Below are positions 1 through 9,551 of a DNA stretch of 64,000 bases, piece after piece. The translations under genes and the position numbers were made by a program. Every line of letters starts with the position of its first letter. Position 1 is the stretch's first letter. This DNA is from an uncultured Gammaproteobacteria bacterium (lineage in GTDB: Bacteria > Patescibacteriota > Microgenomatia > UBA12405). The notes beneath the pieces are model-generated. The model was not told the origin of the DNA, ran no database searches, and saw nothing but the letters and a program-made list of their open reading frames with translations. Where the stretch lies: NCBI GenBank assembly GCA_964448705.1, contig CAYUZS010000003.1, positions 9,384 through 73,383 of the forward strand. Reading direction: 5' to 3'.

Positions 1-159
1 TTTTTTGAGAAATTAACTCCTGTCTTTTACTATGATTAATTCCTACCACTATCCCCAAAAAAAGAATTAGAAACAGCGACAAAGCTGTTCCTGCGAACAC
101 AAAACGACTTAATATTAAAACAGTTTTATGCATTAGATTCTCCTGATTTTCATGATATC

Positions 160-981
160 ATGGTCATACTTATGAAAACAAATACCCCTCAAGAATTACA
201 GCAACTTAAGGATAAAACGTTTATCCTCAATTTTACTTTAGTTAAAAGTGAAATCGAAAAAACCCACCATCAGGTTCTTCATTCAATCCAATCCGAATTT
301 GAAACCAAAGGTTTTCGAAAAGGCAAAGCTCCGCTTGATGTTGTCGAAGCTAATGTTTCTCCTTCCAAAATTATTGAAGAAGTATTATCTCAGCTTTTAT
401 CAGAAACTTATTCTCAAAAACTGGAAGCCTACCACCTTCACCCTGTTGTTCAACCTCAAATAAAAATTTTGAATCCTCCCGTCACTTTTGATAAAGATTG
501 GCAGGTAGAAATAACCGGCTGTGAACTACCCGAAATTAAAATTGATTCAAAATATATTGATGAAATTAAAGCTGTCAATAAAATTCAAAAAGACGAGAAC
601 GAGAGGCTTAACCAGACTCTTGAATCACTCGTTAAAAATAGTCAAGTAGAAATTCCGGAAATTTTAATTAAAGCCGATCTTAACAATAAAATGTCTCAAC
701 TAGTTGACCAAACCCAACAGGCCGGATTAACTGTCGATCAATACCTAAAGTCAAAAAGTCTAACCCTTGAACAGTACCAAGAAAATGCTGAAAAACAGAT
801 AAAAAATGAATGGATAACCAATCTGGCTATCGACTTTATCGCCAGAGAGCAAAAACTTGAGGTTACTCCTGAAGAAGTAAAGGCTATCACCGATAAAAAC
901 CAACAATTGGCTCAAAATACCAATATGGTTTACTATCTCCTAACCCAGCAGAAAGTTTTTGATTATCTAAAAAAGCTCTAA
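160..981 (+). CDS. tig: Trigger factor, short form lacking the FKBP PPIase domain
   Basis: Ribosome-binding signature GFRKGKAP followed directly by a C-terminal chaperone-like helical domain; 273 aa; start may be ATG 172. Confidence 0.85.
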   Translation: MVILMKTNTPQELQQLKDKTFILNFTLVKSEIEKTHHQVLHSIQSEFETKGFRKGKAPLDVVEANVSPSKIIEEVLSQLLSETYSQKLEAYHLHPVVQPQIKILNPPVTFDKDWQVEITGCELPEIKIDSKYIDEIKAVNKIQKDENERLNQTLESLVKNSQVEIPEILIKADLNNKMSQLVDQTQQAGLTVDQYLKSKSLTLEQYQENAEKQIKNEWITNLAIDFIAREQKLEVTPEEVKAITDKNQQLAQNTNMVYYLLTQQKVFDYLKKL

Positions 982-1044
982 GATAGGTTTGTTTTTGTCT
1001 TATAATCTATAGCATTTTTACCTTTCGGTTGTTATAATCACTCC

Positions 1045-1632
1045 ATGGCAGGTGGCTTTGGTGTATTTGCACCATCCAAAAAGCAAGGTAAACTCCTTAA
1101 CAGCGAAGTCTTGAACGACTCCCAATTTGAAACTTCGTCCCAAAAGTCGCCACCTAAAAAGATCGGTTTAAAAGGTATCCTTGGCTTAGGACAGACCGTT
1201 GATATTAACAAGAGCAGCACCCAGGTTGAAAAACAGAGTCATGAACTTAACTTTAATCTAAATCATTTAGTCGAAGAGCAAAAAAATCTATTCGATCACC
1301 ACCAACAGCAATTAACCAAAGAGCTGCAATCTCTCAGAGAAGAGATCATTAAACTTATCAAGTCGACTGATCGTTTGGAAAAAGATATAACCGATATTGC
1401 AGTAGAAAACATTCCTGAAGTTACCGAATATCAGATAAATTTTCTTTCCCGGATAAAAATTTTTATTGCCAATATTAGAAAAAACATTTCCTCTGCCGAT
1501 ATTTGGATGGAAGCTTTTACTGCCAAGAAAAAGAAGAGAAATACATTTTGGAGTAATGTCAAAAACAAAAAGAAAGGGGGCGAACAGTATCTTTTCAGCA
1601 ACGAACATTCTGCTGCCAGAAGTGCTAATTAA
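1045..1632 (+). CDS. Conserved hypothetical protein (DUF5660-like, CPR)
   Basis: Coiled coil plus basic C-terminus (WMEAF..KKKRNTFW..GGEQYLFSNEH) resembling Microgenomates DUF5660 proteins, from recall; extended -10 TGtTATAAT ends 6 nt before ATG. Confidence 0.55.
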   Translation: MAGGFGVFAPSKKQGKLLNSEVLNDSQFETSSQKSPPKKIGLKGILGLGQTVDINKSSTQVEKQSHELNFNLNHLVEEQKNLFDHHQQQLTKELQSLREEIIKLIKSTDRLEKDITDIAVENIPEVTEYQINFLSRIKIFIANIRKNISSADIWMEAFTAKKKKRNTFWSNVKNKKKGGEQYLFSNEHSAARSAN

Positions 1633-1634
1633 TT

Positions 1635-1643
1635 TGCTATAAT
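1635..1643 (+). promoter_or_regulatory. Extended -10 promoter of tRNA-Val
   Basis: TGcTATAAT about 10 nt upstream of the tRNA 5' end. Confidence 0.6.
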
Positions 1644-1653
1644 CCCTTTGTTC

Positions 1654-1727
1654 GAGTCTATAGCTCAGTTGGTTAGAGCGCTTCATTGACATTGAAGAGG
1701 TCAGAGGTTCGAGTCCTCTTAGACTCA
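1654..1727 (+). tRNA. tRNA-Val(GAC)
   Basis: Cloverleaf: acceptor GAGTCTA/TAGACTC, D arm GCTC/GAGC, anticodon stem CTTCA/TGAAG with loop TTGACAT, T arm AGAGG-TTCGAGT-CCTCT; CCA not encoded. Confidence 0.95.
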
Positions 1728-1862
1728 CTGCTGGTTTTTATAGGGATCGTGAATTTAATCAGGAAAGCCTAAAAACTTTAAATATACACGTAAAAATAGG
1801 TTGATATAATATATACATATTCCTCCCGCTCTTCACACACAAATGATATTATTATCTTACTA

Positions 1863-3140
1863 ATGCTCAAACTAAGTGATCTCAATCTTTCCCTTGAAAC
1901 AGCTAAACTAAAAAACGGTATCAAAATTGTTAACTTTCACCGAAGTGGTGCACCATTAGCTATTAAGTGTCTCTTTTTTGCCGGTTCACGATTTGATGAT
2001 ATCGAAGGCACTTCTCATTTTTTAGAGCATCTCCTGGTAGCGGGTACAAAAAAATATCCTACTAAAGACAAATTAGCTTATTATATTGAAAATAACGGTG
2101 GATTTCTTAGCGCCATCACCGGTATGGATAACTTAACAATCAACCTATCTCTTGGTGATCCTAAAGATATTTCAATCATCTCAGAAGTCCTAAAAGAGGT
2201 AATTTTTAATCCGATCTTTGGGGATAAAACAATTGAAAATGAACGCCAAGCAATATACCGAGAATTATCCGACCGCAAATCAAACCCCGGTAAAGCTATT
2301 GGTACTGTCAATCGTCAACTATTTTATCAGGACACGATTTTAGGCAGATCAACTTTAGGCACAGAAGACTCAATTAAAAGTATTAAAAAAGAAGATATTT
2401 TATCTCATTACCAAAAAAATATTTTGACTGGTCAAATGGTTCTGGTTACCAGTGGTGATATATCAATTGACACCATCAAAAAAGAATTTAGCTTCTTAGA
2501 ATCACTGAATTTTGTTACAAAAACTCCTAAAGCAGACTTAGAAATAAATCAACAAAAAAGAATTTTAATTGAAAAATTTAGCCAAAACGATCAAATCACT
2601 TTCTCTTACGCTTTCCGTACTGGAAATATTTTTGATAACACCAACCCTGCACTCTCTATAATCCTTCAGGCTATGGCGGCTACTCGGTCTTCAAGACTTA
2701 TTACTAAACTCCGATACGAAAACGGCTTAATTTATGGAATTAATTCCTGGCATGAGCAATTATTCGACGCCGGTACTTGGGGTTTCCAGACATCCACTTC
2801 AAAGTCAAACTTTCAGAAAGTTATTGATATTATCGAAAAAGAATTTCATTCCATAATTCAAGATGGCTTATCTGAAAGCGAATTGGAATTTATTAAGAAT
2901 AAAATTATAAAATCCAGCCGACTAAATCTCCAAACATCCGAATCAATAACTGGCTTTCATGCCTATAAACAATTTATCGGGAGTAATACACCATGGACAA
3001 TTCAGGATTACACTGAGAGTTTAGAAAAAGTTGACTACAACTCAGCCAAAACCACTGCAACCAAATATCTCGATCCGACAAAGTCATTTCTTGCCATCTG
3101 TGGAAACATTAACGAAGAAGAAATTAGCTTGGCAAGATAG
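1863..3140 (+). CDS. M16 family (pitrilysin-like) zinc peptidase
   Basis: Inverted zincin motif HFLEH, downstream Glu in IENER, C-terminal LRYENGLIY motif. Confidence 0.9.
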   Translation: MLKLSDLNLSLETAKLKNGIKIVNFHRSGAPLAIKCLFFAGSRFDDIEGTSHFLEHLLVAGTKKYPTKDKLAYYIENNGGFLSAITGMDNLTINLSLGDPKDISIISEVLKEVIFNPIFGDKTIENERQAIYRELSDRKSNPGKAIGTVNRQLFYQDTILGRSTLGTEDSIKSIKKEDILSHYQKNILTGQMVLVTSGDISIDTIKKEFSFLESLNFVTKTPKADLEINQQKRILIEKFSQNDQITFSYAFRTGNIFDNTNPALSIILQAMAATRSSRLITKLRYENGLIYGINSWHEQLFDAGTWGFQTSTSKSNFQKVIDIIEKEFHSIIQDGLSESELEFIKNKIIKSSRLNLQTSESITGFHAYKQFIGSNTPWTIQDYTESLEKVDYNSAKTTATKYLDPTKSFLAICGNINEEEISLAR

Positions 3141-3274
3141 TTCTTTAATGTTCATCTATAAATAAATAATAAATTTCTCCTCAGACTCAAAAGACATGGA
3201 TTTAATATAGAATAATTTGAAGAAATGTCATATATTTTTCACCGGCATCTTTTTAACTGTGTTAAAATAGACCA

Positions 3275-3328
3275 ATGTTTGAACGTATTTTTACATTTAC
3301 CTCAACTATCTCGCCCAATAGGGCGTAG
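3275..3328 (+). CDS. Putative Thr-containing leader peptide MFERIFTFTSTISPNRA
   Basis: 17-codon ORF with 3 clustered Thr codons; starts 6 nt after TGtTAAAAT; overlaps the hairpin upstream of thrS. Confidence 0.55.
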   Translation: MFERIFTFTSTISPNRA

Positions 3329-3358
3329 TCTCTTGCGTCTTATTCGGGCTTTTCTTTT
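3313..3358 (+). terminator. Putative attenuator terminator in the thrS leader
   Basis: GCCC-AATAGGGCGTAG pairs with TTGCGTCTTATT-C-GGGC (G-U pairs, one bulge), followed by TTTTCTTTT. Confidence 0.55.
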
Positions 3359-3390
3359 GTTATTTTTCATAATTTAAATTAAAATCACTT

Positions 3391-5163
3391 ATGTCACAAA
3401 TTGACGCTCTCAAACACAACTCAGACCAGGTTTACAAAATCCGCCACAGCTCCGAACACGTCCTAACTCAGGCTATGATTCGTCTTTACGGAAAAGATAA
3501 ATTTTATATGGCCATGGGTCCGGCCACTGAAGACGGTTTTTACTTTGATTTTGAACCACTCCAGGATTTCAAAATTTCAGAAGAAGATTTTTCCAAAATT
3601 GAAGCCGAAATGGCCAAAATCATTAAAGAAGATCTGCCTATTGTCAGGTCAGAAATCTTTCTTGAAGAAGCTAAAGAAATGTTTTCCGACAACCCCTACA
3701 AAATGGAATGGCTCAATTCCATCACCGATCGGGGAGAAATAATTTCTATCTACAAAACCGGATCGGAATTTGTTGACCTTTGTGCCGGCCCTCATGTGGC
3801 AAAAACCGGTGAAATCAAAGCTTTCAAATTACTCTCCATCGCCGGAGCTTACTGGCATGGAAGTGAAAAAAACAAAATGTTAACCCGTATTTACGGCACT
3901 GCCTTTGATTCTTCAAAAGCTCTCGATGATTTTCTATTCGTAATCGAGGAAGCCAAAAAACGAGATCATCGTAAATTAGGCCCACAATTAGGTCTATTTT
4001 TTATCGACGAAACAGCTCCCGGTATGCCCTATTGGTTGCCAAAGGGGACTGTTGTTATCAATGAGCTGCTAAAATTTTGGCGCCAGGAACACCAAAGCAG
4101 AGGTTATTTGGAAACCATCACTCCGCAACTAAACAAAAAACAGTTGTATGAAATTTCCGGACATTGGGACCACTATAAAGAAAATATGTTTATCTGCGAT
4201 ATGGGTGAAGACGGCACTTATTGTCTGAAACCAATGAATTGTCCGAATGCTATGACCATTTTTAAACAAGGAATTCATAGTTATCGTGATTTGCCTCTCC
4301 GTCTTTCTGATTGCGATGCTCTTCATCGTCACGAAAAATCCGGTGAACTAAACGGTTTATTACGGGTTCAGAAGTTTTCTCAGGATGACGCCCATATCTT
4401 TGTTACCGAAGATCAAATTAGTGAAGAATACAAAAGAATTTTGGAAATTGCCAAACTTTTTTATTCTATTTTTGATATTAAATTTAAAATTCGTTTAGGC
4501 ACCCGGCCTGATGATTTTATGGGAGATATTGCCACTTGGGATAAAGCCGAAAAGGAATTGGAACAAATTTTGATCGACAATAAATTTGATTATTTTATCG
4601 GTAAAGGCGAAGGTGCTTTTTATGGCCCAAAATTAGACATTCTTATGGATGATTGTCTTGGTCGTCAATGGCAAACCGGAACTGTTCAGCTCGATTTCCA
4701 ACTGCCTAGAAATTTCAAACTGAAATATACCGACAGTGACGGCTCGGAGAAAACTCCTGTCGTTATTCACCGCGTAATTTACGGCTCTTTGGAACGTTTT
4801 ATGGGTATTTTGATCGAACAATTTGCCGGTGCATTTCCTGTTTGGATTTCTCCGGTTCAGGCAAAAATAATTCCGATCACTGATTCTCAACATGAATATG
4901 CCCAAAAAGTTGTTGAACAATTAAACAAAGAGGGGATTAGAGCCGAAATCGATACCCGCTCCGAAAAAATGCAGGCCAAAATTCGCGATGCTCAATTGGA
5001 AAAAATTCCTTTTATGCTGGTAATTGGCGGTCGTGAAGTCGAATCTGAATCGGTAGCTGTCCGTCAACGTGATGGACAGGATTTAGGCGCCGTCAAAGTT
5101 AATGATTTTATTGCCAAAATTAAGGAATTAATTAACAATAAATCCCTGAATCTGATAAAATAA
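3391..5163 (+). CDS. thrS: Threonine--tRNA ligase (no N-terminal TGS domain)
   Basis: RHSSEH editing motif, DLCAGPH, RDHRKLG, KPMNCP, HRVIYGSLERF, C-terminal anticodon-binding domain. Confidence 0.98.
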   Translation: MSQIDALKHNSDQVYKIRHSSEHVLTQAMIRLYGKDKFYMAMGPATEDGFYFDFEPLQDFKISEEDFSKIEAEMAKIIKEDLPIVRSEIFLEEAKEMFSDNPYKMEWLNSITDRGEIISIYKTGSEFVDLCAGPHVAKTGEIKAFKLLSIAGAYWHGSEKNKMLTRIYGTAFDSSKALDDFLFVIEEAKKRDHRKLGPQLGLFFIDETAPGMPYWLPKGTVVINELLKFWRQEHQSRGYLETITPQLNKKQLYEISGHWDHYKENMFICDMGEDGTYCLKPMNCPNAMTIFKQGIHSYRDLPLRLSDCDALHRHEKSGELNGLLRVQKFSQDDAHIFVTEDQISEEYKRILEIAKLFYSIFDIKFKIRLGTRPDDFMGDIATWDKAEKELEQILIDNKFDYFIGKGEGAFYGPKLDILMDDCLGRQWQTGTVQLDFQLPRNFKLKYTDSDGSEKTPVVIHRVIYGSLERFMGILIEQFAGAFPVWISPVQAKIIPITDSQHEYAQKVVEQLNKEGIRAEIDTRSEKMQAKIRDAQLEKIPFMLVIGGREVESESVAVRQRDGQDLGAVKVNDFIAKIKELINNKSLNLIK

Positions 5164-5171
5164 CACATTCC

Positions 5172-5735
5172 ATGGCTACCTATCGAAATCAAAATCAGAA
5201 CCAAAAATTCTATAAAATAAATCAATACATCACTGCTTCGGAAGTCCGTCTTATCGACGAAGACGCCAAGCAAATCGGTGTTGTCCCTATTTCTGAAGCC
5301 AGAAACATGGCCTTCGAAACCGGTCTTGATTTGGTCGAAATTGCACCTTTAGCCAAGCCTCCGGTTGTTAAGTTAATTGAATTCGCCAAATTTAAATACC
5401 AGGAATCAAAAAAACTTAAAGCTGAGAAACGGGGTATTAAAGGTGGCGATATGAAAGAAATCCAAATGACGCCTTTTATCAGCGACAACGATTACGAAAC
5501 TGGCCTAAGAAAGGCCCAAAAATTTTTAACTACTGGAAATAAAGTCAAATTGAGTATAAAATTCCAAGGTCGTCAAATTCAGCGGAAAGAATTTGGATAT
5601 AATCTTGTTAATAAATTCACTGCTGACCTAAAAGACTACGGCACACCGGAAGGTGAAGCCAAATTAATGGGAAAAAGATTACTTTTCACCATTAGTCCTG
5701 TCAGCAAAAAGAAAATTGATAAAAACCAATCATGA
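5172..5735 (+). CDS. infC: Translation initiation factor IF-3
   Basis: EVRLIDED, GLDLVEIAP..PPVVK motifs; thrS-infC-rpmI-rplT synteny. Confidence 0.97.
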   Translation: MATYRNQNQNQKFYKINQYITASEVRLIDEDAKQIGVVPISEARNMAFETGLDLVEIAPLAKPPVVKLIEFAKFKYQESKKLKAEKRGIKGGDMKEIQMTPFISDNDYETGLRKAQKFLTTGNKVKLSIKFQGRQIQRKEFGYNLVNKFTADLKDYGTPEGEAKLMGKRLLFTISPVSKKKIDKNQS

Positions 5736-5941
5736 AAAAACCTAGCAAAAGACTTCGTATTAGAAAATCCGTTAGCAGCCGTTTTGAAGTAACCAAAAAC
5801 GGAACTGTTCTTCACGAATCTTCTTTCCACCGTCATCTTCGTCGCACTAAATCCAAAAAACAGCTTCGCCGTCTAAAAGGTAAACAGCCTGTTTTCGGCA
5901 AATTAGCCAAAAAGATTAAACAAATTCTTGGCAAAGCTTAA
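5732..5941 (+). CDS. rpmI: 50S ribosomal protein L35
   Basis: Small basic protein, KSVSSRFEVTKNG..H.R..KSKKQLRRL; synteny. Confidence 0.9.
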   Translation: MKKPSKRLRIRKSVSSRFEVTKNGTVLHESSFHRHLRRTKSKKQLRRLKGKQPVFGKLAKKIKQILGKA

Positions 5942-5968
5942 TTTTTATAACTTTATAAACTTAACACT

Positions 5969-6310
5969 ATGAGAGTTAAAACTGGAACAGTTAGAAGAGC
6001 CCATCACAAAAAGGTTCTTTCCCAAGCCAAGGGTTTTTGGATGACCCGCCACAAGCGGTATAAGGTAGCCCATGAGGCTGTTATGCACGCCGGTGATTAC
6101 GCCTACAATGGACGTCGGATTCGTCGACGCGATTTTAGAAAATTATGGATTGTCAGAATTAATGCCGCTTTGAAACCTTTTGAAACTAGTTATTCTGTTT
6201 TTGTTAAAAAACTCAAAGACAATAAAATTGATCTAAATCGTAAAATGCTTAGTGAATTAGCTATTCACGATCCCAACGCCTTTAAAGCTATCTTTACTTC
6301 CCTCAAATGA
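5969..6310 (+). CDS. rplT: 50S ribosomal protein L20
   Basis: MRVKTG..RRDFRKLWIVRINAA..LNRKMLSELA. Confidence 0.98.
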   Translation: MRVKTGTVRRAHHKKVLSQAKGFWMTRHKRYKVAHEAVMHAGDYAYNGRRIRRRDFRKLWIVRINAALKPFETSYSVFVKKLKDNKIDLNRKMLSELAIHDPNAFKAIFTSLK

Positions 6311-6335
6311 GGCGGGATTAACCTATACGAAAAAT

Positions 6336-6362
6336 AAAACCCGCCGAAATGGCGGGTTTTTT
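6336..6362 (+). terminator. Intrinsic terminator after rplT
   Basis: AAAACCCGCC-gaaat-GGCGGGTTTTTT. Confidence 0.85.
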
Positions 6363-6383
6363 GTTAATATAGCTTATCAACAA

Positions 6384-7397
6384 ATGGATTTAAAAAAAAT
6401 TTTAGAAGAATCAAAAAATAAGATAAATTCTGCCTCCGGTTCAGCCGAATTAGAATTAGTTCGCATCGAGCTTCTTGGCCGTCATGGCTTAATCAACAAA
6501 TTATTTTCTGAAATAAAAACTGCTTCAAATCCCCAAGAATACGGTCAGCAATTAAATCAGTTAAAAAACAGCCTTGATGAATTAATTCAAAACAAAATCA
6601 GTAGCACCACAGATAATAACTCCACTGTTTCAAATAAAAATAAAACCCAAACTTCTTCCGTCATTTCTTTACCTAAAGTTGGCCATCTTCATCCTCTTAC
6701 TCAAACCGAGAGACAATTAAATGAAGTTTTTCGAAAACTCGGTTTCTCTGTCTACAGTAGTCCCGAAATTGTTACCGATGAATATAATTTTGAACGTTTG
6801 AACGTCCCAAAAGACCATCCTGCCAGGGACATGCAGGACAGTATCTATATTAAAGAACCTCAATATCTTCTCCGGACTCAAACCTCTACTATCGAAAGTT
6901 ATCTTCTCCAAAATGAAGGTAAAAATTTACCGATTCGGGCTGCTTTTCCCGGAAGTGTCTATCGCAACGAAAAAGTTAATCGTTCCAATCATTTCGTTTT
7001 TCATCAATATCAGGCAGTAGTAGTCGACAAAGGCATCACCATAAAAGATCTTATCGGCACCATGGATCTAATGTTCAAGACACTTTATGGTCCGGAAGTG
7101 GTTGTTCGTTATCGCTGTAAATATTACCCCGAAGTTGAACCGGGTGTTGGTCCGGACATGCAGTGTTTTTCCTGTCACGGCAAAGGCTGCCCTCTCTGTA
7201 AATACGCCGGTTGGATCGAAATGGGCGGTTCCGGTATGATTCATCCAAAAGTTTTACAGGCTGCAGGCATCGATCCTCATGTTTATAGTGGTTTTGCTTT
7301 TGGTATGGGATTGGATCGTTGGACCATGGCTCAGAACAATATCAAAGATATCCGCACATTAATGGGTGGCAACCTTGCCTACAAACCAAATCTATGA
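6384..7397 (+). CDS. pheS: Phenylalanine--tRNA ligase alpha subunit
   Basis: HPARDMQD, LLRTQTS, FHQ, GWIEMGGSGMIHP, GFAFGMGLDR. Confidence 0.97.
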   Translation: MDLKKILEESKNKINSASGSAELELVRIELLGRHGLINKLFSEIKTASNPQEYGQQLNQLKNSLDELIQNKISSTTDNNSTVSNKNKTQTSSVISLPKVGHLHPLTQTERQLNEVFRKLGFSVYSSPEIVTDEYNFERLNVPKDHPARDMQDSIYIKEPQYLLRTQTSTIESYLLQNEGKNLPIRAAFPGSVYRNEKVNRSNHFVFHQYQAVVVDKGITIKDLIGTMDLMFKTLYGPEVVVRYRCKYYPEVEPGVGPDMQCFSCHGKGCPLCKYAGWIEMGGSGMIHPKVLQAAGIDPHVYSGFAFGMGLDRWTMAQNNIKDIRTLMGGNLAYKPNL

Positions 7398-9211
7398 AAT
7401 TAATTTATTCCCAACTCAAAAAATTTCTTCCTGATTTATCCGTAAAACCGGAACAATTGCGTGATGATCTCACCATGATTGGTCATTTCACCAATTACTT
7501 TGAAGAAATTGACGGCGAAATCGTCTTTGATTTAGACATTAAAGTTAATCGCGGTGACTGCCTTGGTTACTATGGCCTCGCCCGTGATTTGTCAGTTCTC
7601 TACAACATTCCTTTATTACTGCCGGAATTGCCTTCCCTGCCAACAAACGATTACCAATTACCGATCAAAATCGATACCGATAAAGTCAAAAGGGTAATGG
7701 CCGTCAAAATTTCCGGCCTCAAAAATTCACCTTCTCCACAGTGGTTAAAAACTTTTATTAAATGTCACGGAACCAATTCGGTAAACACTTTAGTTGATCT
7801 TAGCAACTATATTATGTTTCTTTATGGCATTCCCACCCATGCTTTTGACACTTTAAAATCTACCGACAACCTGGTTTGGGAAATAAATTCAAAATATTCT
7901 GATTTTGTCAGTCTTGACGGCACTTCATTAAAATTAAATAATCAAATTTTAATGATCAACAATCCTCAAAAACCTCTTAGTTTAAGTTTTTGGGGAGGGG
8001 AGTCGTGTGCCATTGACCTTGAAACTAACGAATCCATCATTGAATTGGCTCTCTACGATCAAGCCACCGTTCGTCAAAACAGCCGTCAATTAAAAACCGT
8101 CACCGAAGCCGGTATTCGTTTGGAAAAAGATTTAGACCCTGAATTAATCCCTTTGGCCTTTAATCATTTTCTTAAACTGATACTGGAAAATTGCGGCGGT
8201 CAAATTTCTTCTCAGGTTTTCGATTATTACCCTTCATCACAAAAAACTTCACCCATTGATTTTGATTTTGATAGCCCCAGCCGATTTTCCGGTATTAACA
8301 TCCCCCATGAATTTGCTCATGATTGCCTAATTCGACTTGGCTGCCAAATAAATAATGATTCAGTCACCGTTCCTTCAATTAGAAAAGATATCAGTTTACC
8401 CGAAGACTTGGTTGAAGAAGTGGTTAGATTTTATGGTTATCAAAAAATTCCCAGTAATCAGCCTTTAGCTTATAAAGAGATTCCCGACATCACTCCTCGG
8501 GAGATTTATCTAGTTGATAAACTTAAAGACAAATTAGTTTCTCTTGGTTACGATGAAGTTTTATCCTGGCCTCTAGTTAATCAACCTTCAGATCCCAACA
8601 CTGTTGTCTCCACCCAAAACAGTATTAATTCCGAATATGTTTATCTTCGTCAGAGTATTCTTCAGTCATTAGAAATCCAGCTCGACCAATACAAACGTTA
8701 CAAACTTCCAAATCCTCAATTTTTTGAAATCGGTAAAATTTTTTCCCAGGAAAATGGTCAATACCTCGAAAAAACTGCTCTGGGAATTTACCATCATGAT
8801 TCAAAAAAACTTCAAAATGATCTAATCAGCCTTAAAGTCTCTCTTGTCAAAGAGGAATCTAGTGAGATTGAAAACTTTGTCGAAATTATTTTGGATGATC
8901 TTTCCAATTCAGAAAAATATATTCCTCAAAATTCATCCTCAAAAGCAATCGAATTAACTTCTCAGATTATTACTTTGGATGCCAATCTGACTCTCGATAC
9001 CAAAGAAGAACCGGAGTCTTTAATTAAAAAATACAGTGCCTTAATTGATCAAAATATTTTTTGGTCTATGCAGATTAATGATGTCTATCATGATCAAAAT
9101 TTAAACAAATACCGCTACACCTTTCAGGTTTCCTACTACAACTGCGAAGATAAGACCGCCAAAAAGATTCATCTTGCCGCTTTTGGCCTTGACACCCCAA
9201 ATAAAAAATAA
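7394..9211 (+). CDS. pheT: Phenylalanine--tRNA ligase beta subunit (shortened)
   Basis: NRGDCLG, B3/4 region NTLVDLSNY..PTHAFD, RKDISLPEDLVEEVVRFYGY; start taken as ATG 7394 (ATGA overlap with pheS stop). Confidence 0.92.
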   Translation: MKLIYSQLKKFLPDLSVKPEQLRDDLTMIGHFTNYFEEIDGEIVFDLDIKVNRGDCLGYYGLARDLSVLYNIPLLLPELPSLPTNDYQLPIKIDTDKVKRVMAVKISGLKNSPSPQWLKTFIKCHGTNSVNTLVDLSNYIMFLYGIPTHAFDTLKSTDNLVWEINSKYSDFVSLDGTSLKLNNQILMINNPQKPLSLSFWGGESCAIDLETNESIIELALYDQATVRQNSRQLKTVTEAGIRLEKDLDPELIPLAFNHFLKLILENCGGQISSQVFDYYPSSQKTSPIDFDFDSPSRFSGINIPHEFAHDCLIRLGCQINNDSVTVPSIRKDISLPEDLVEEVVRFYGYQKIPSNQPLAYKEIPDITPREIYLVDKLKDKLVSLGYDEVLSWPLVNQPSDPNTVVSTQNSINSEYVYLRQSILQSLEIQLDQYKRYKLPNPQFFEIGKIFSQENGQYLEKTALGIYHHDSKKLQNDLISLKVSLVKEESSEIENFVEIILDDLSNSEKYIPQNSSSKAIELTSQIITLDANLTLDTKEEPESLIKKYSALIDQNIFWSMQINDVYHDQNLNKYRYTFQVSYYNCEDKTAKKIHLAAFGLDTPNKK

Positions 9212-9225
9212 TATTATACTCATCA

Positions 9226-9300
9226 ATGACATATTGTCGTTTTAATACCATTATCTCTTCCAAAAACCTTCTCGTCGAAGGTAGGGAGCTTTTGGTATAA
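9226..9300 (+). CDS. Putative leader peptide MTYCRFNTIISSKNLLVEGRELLV
   Basis: 24-codon ORF just after TTGACA (9189) and TATTAT/TATACT; its last codons contain GGGAGCTTTTGGT, complementary to the downstream terminator 5' arm. Confidence 0.5.
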   Translation: MTYCRFNTIISSKNLLVEGRELLV

Positions 9301-9322
9301 GCACAATATTTTATTAAAAACC

Positions 9323-9349
9323 AAAGCTCCTAGAAATAGGAGCTTTTTT
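9323..9349 (+). terminator. Intrinsic terminator / attenuator
   Basis: AAAGCTCCTA-GAAA-TAGGAGCTTT followed by TTT. Confidence 0.85.
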
Positions 9350-9365
9350 ATTTATTATTTTTTCT

Positions 9366-9551
9366 ATGCAAACACCAGCAGAAAGAAGAGAGGCTCGCGA
9401 AGAGCATTTAAAGTTAATCAAATCCTTACCGGATTCCGGACTTCGTGTCAGTTTGGTCGATCCGGATACCAATATTTCTGAGTATCTTAAAAAACTTGCG
9501 GACAAAACCCCAACTTCTAGTTACCGCGTTCACAAATCAGAATACCGTTAA
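9366..9551 (+). CDS. Small hypothetical protein (61 aa)
   Basis: ORF directly after the attenuator and followed by hairpin CACTCGCC-tct-GGCGAGTG (9561-9579). Confidence 0.55.
   Translation: MQTPAERREAREEHLKLIKSLPDSGLRVSLVDPDTNISEYLKKLADKTPTSSYRVHKSEYR

Noticed and set aside
1312-1728. 138-aa minus-strand ORF
   Set aside because: Antisense to tRNA-Val and the 1045..1632 gene; its N-terminus is the typical tRNA reverse-complement translation
7319-7393. N-terminal extension of pheT in the ORF track
   Set aside because: Lies inside pheS; the ATGA-coupled ATG at 7394 is the better start
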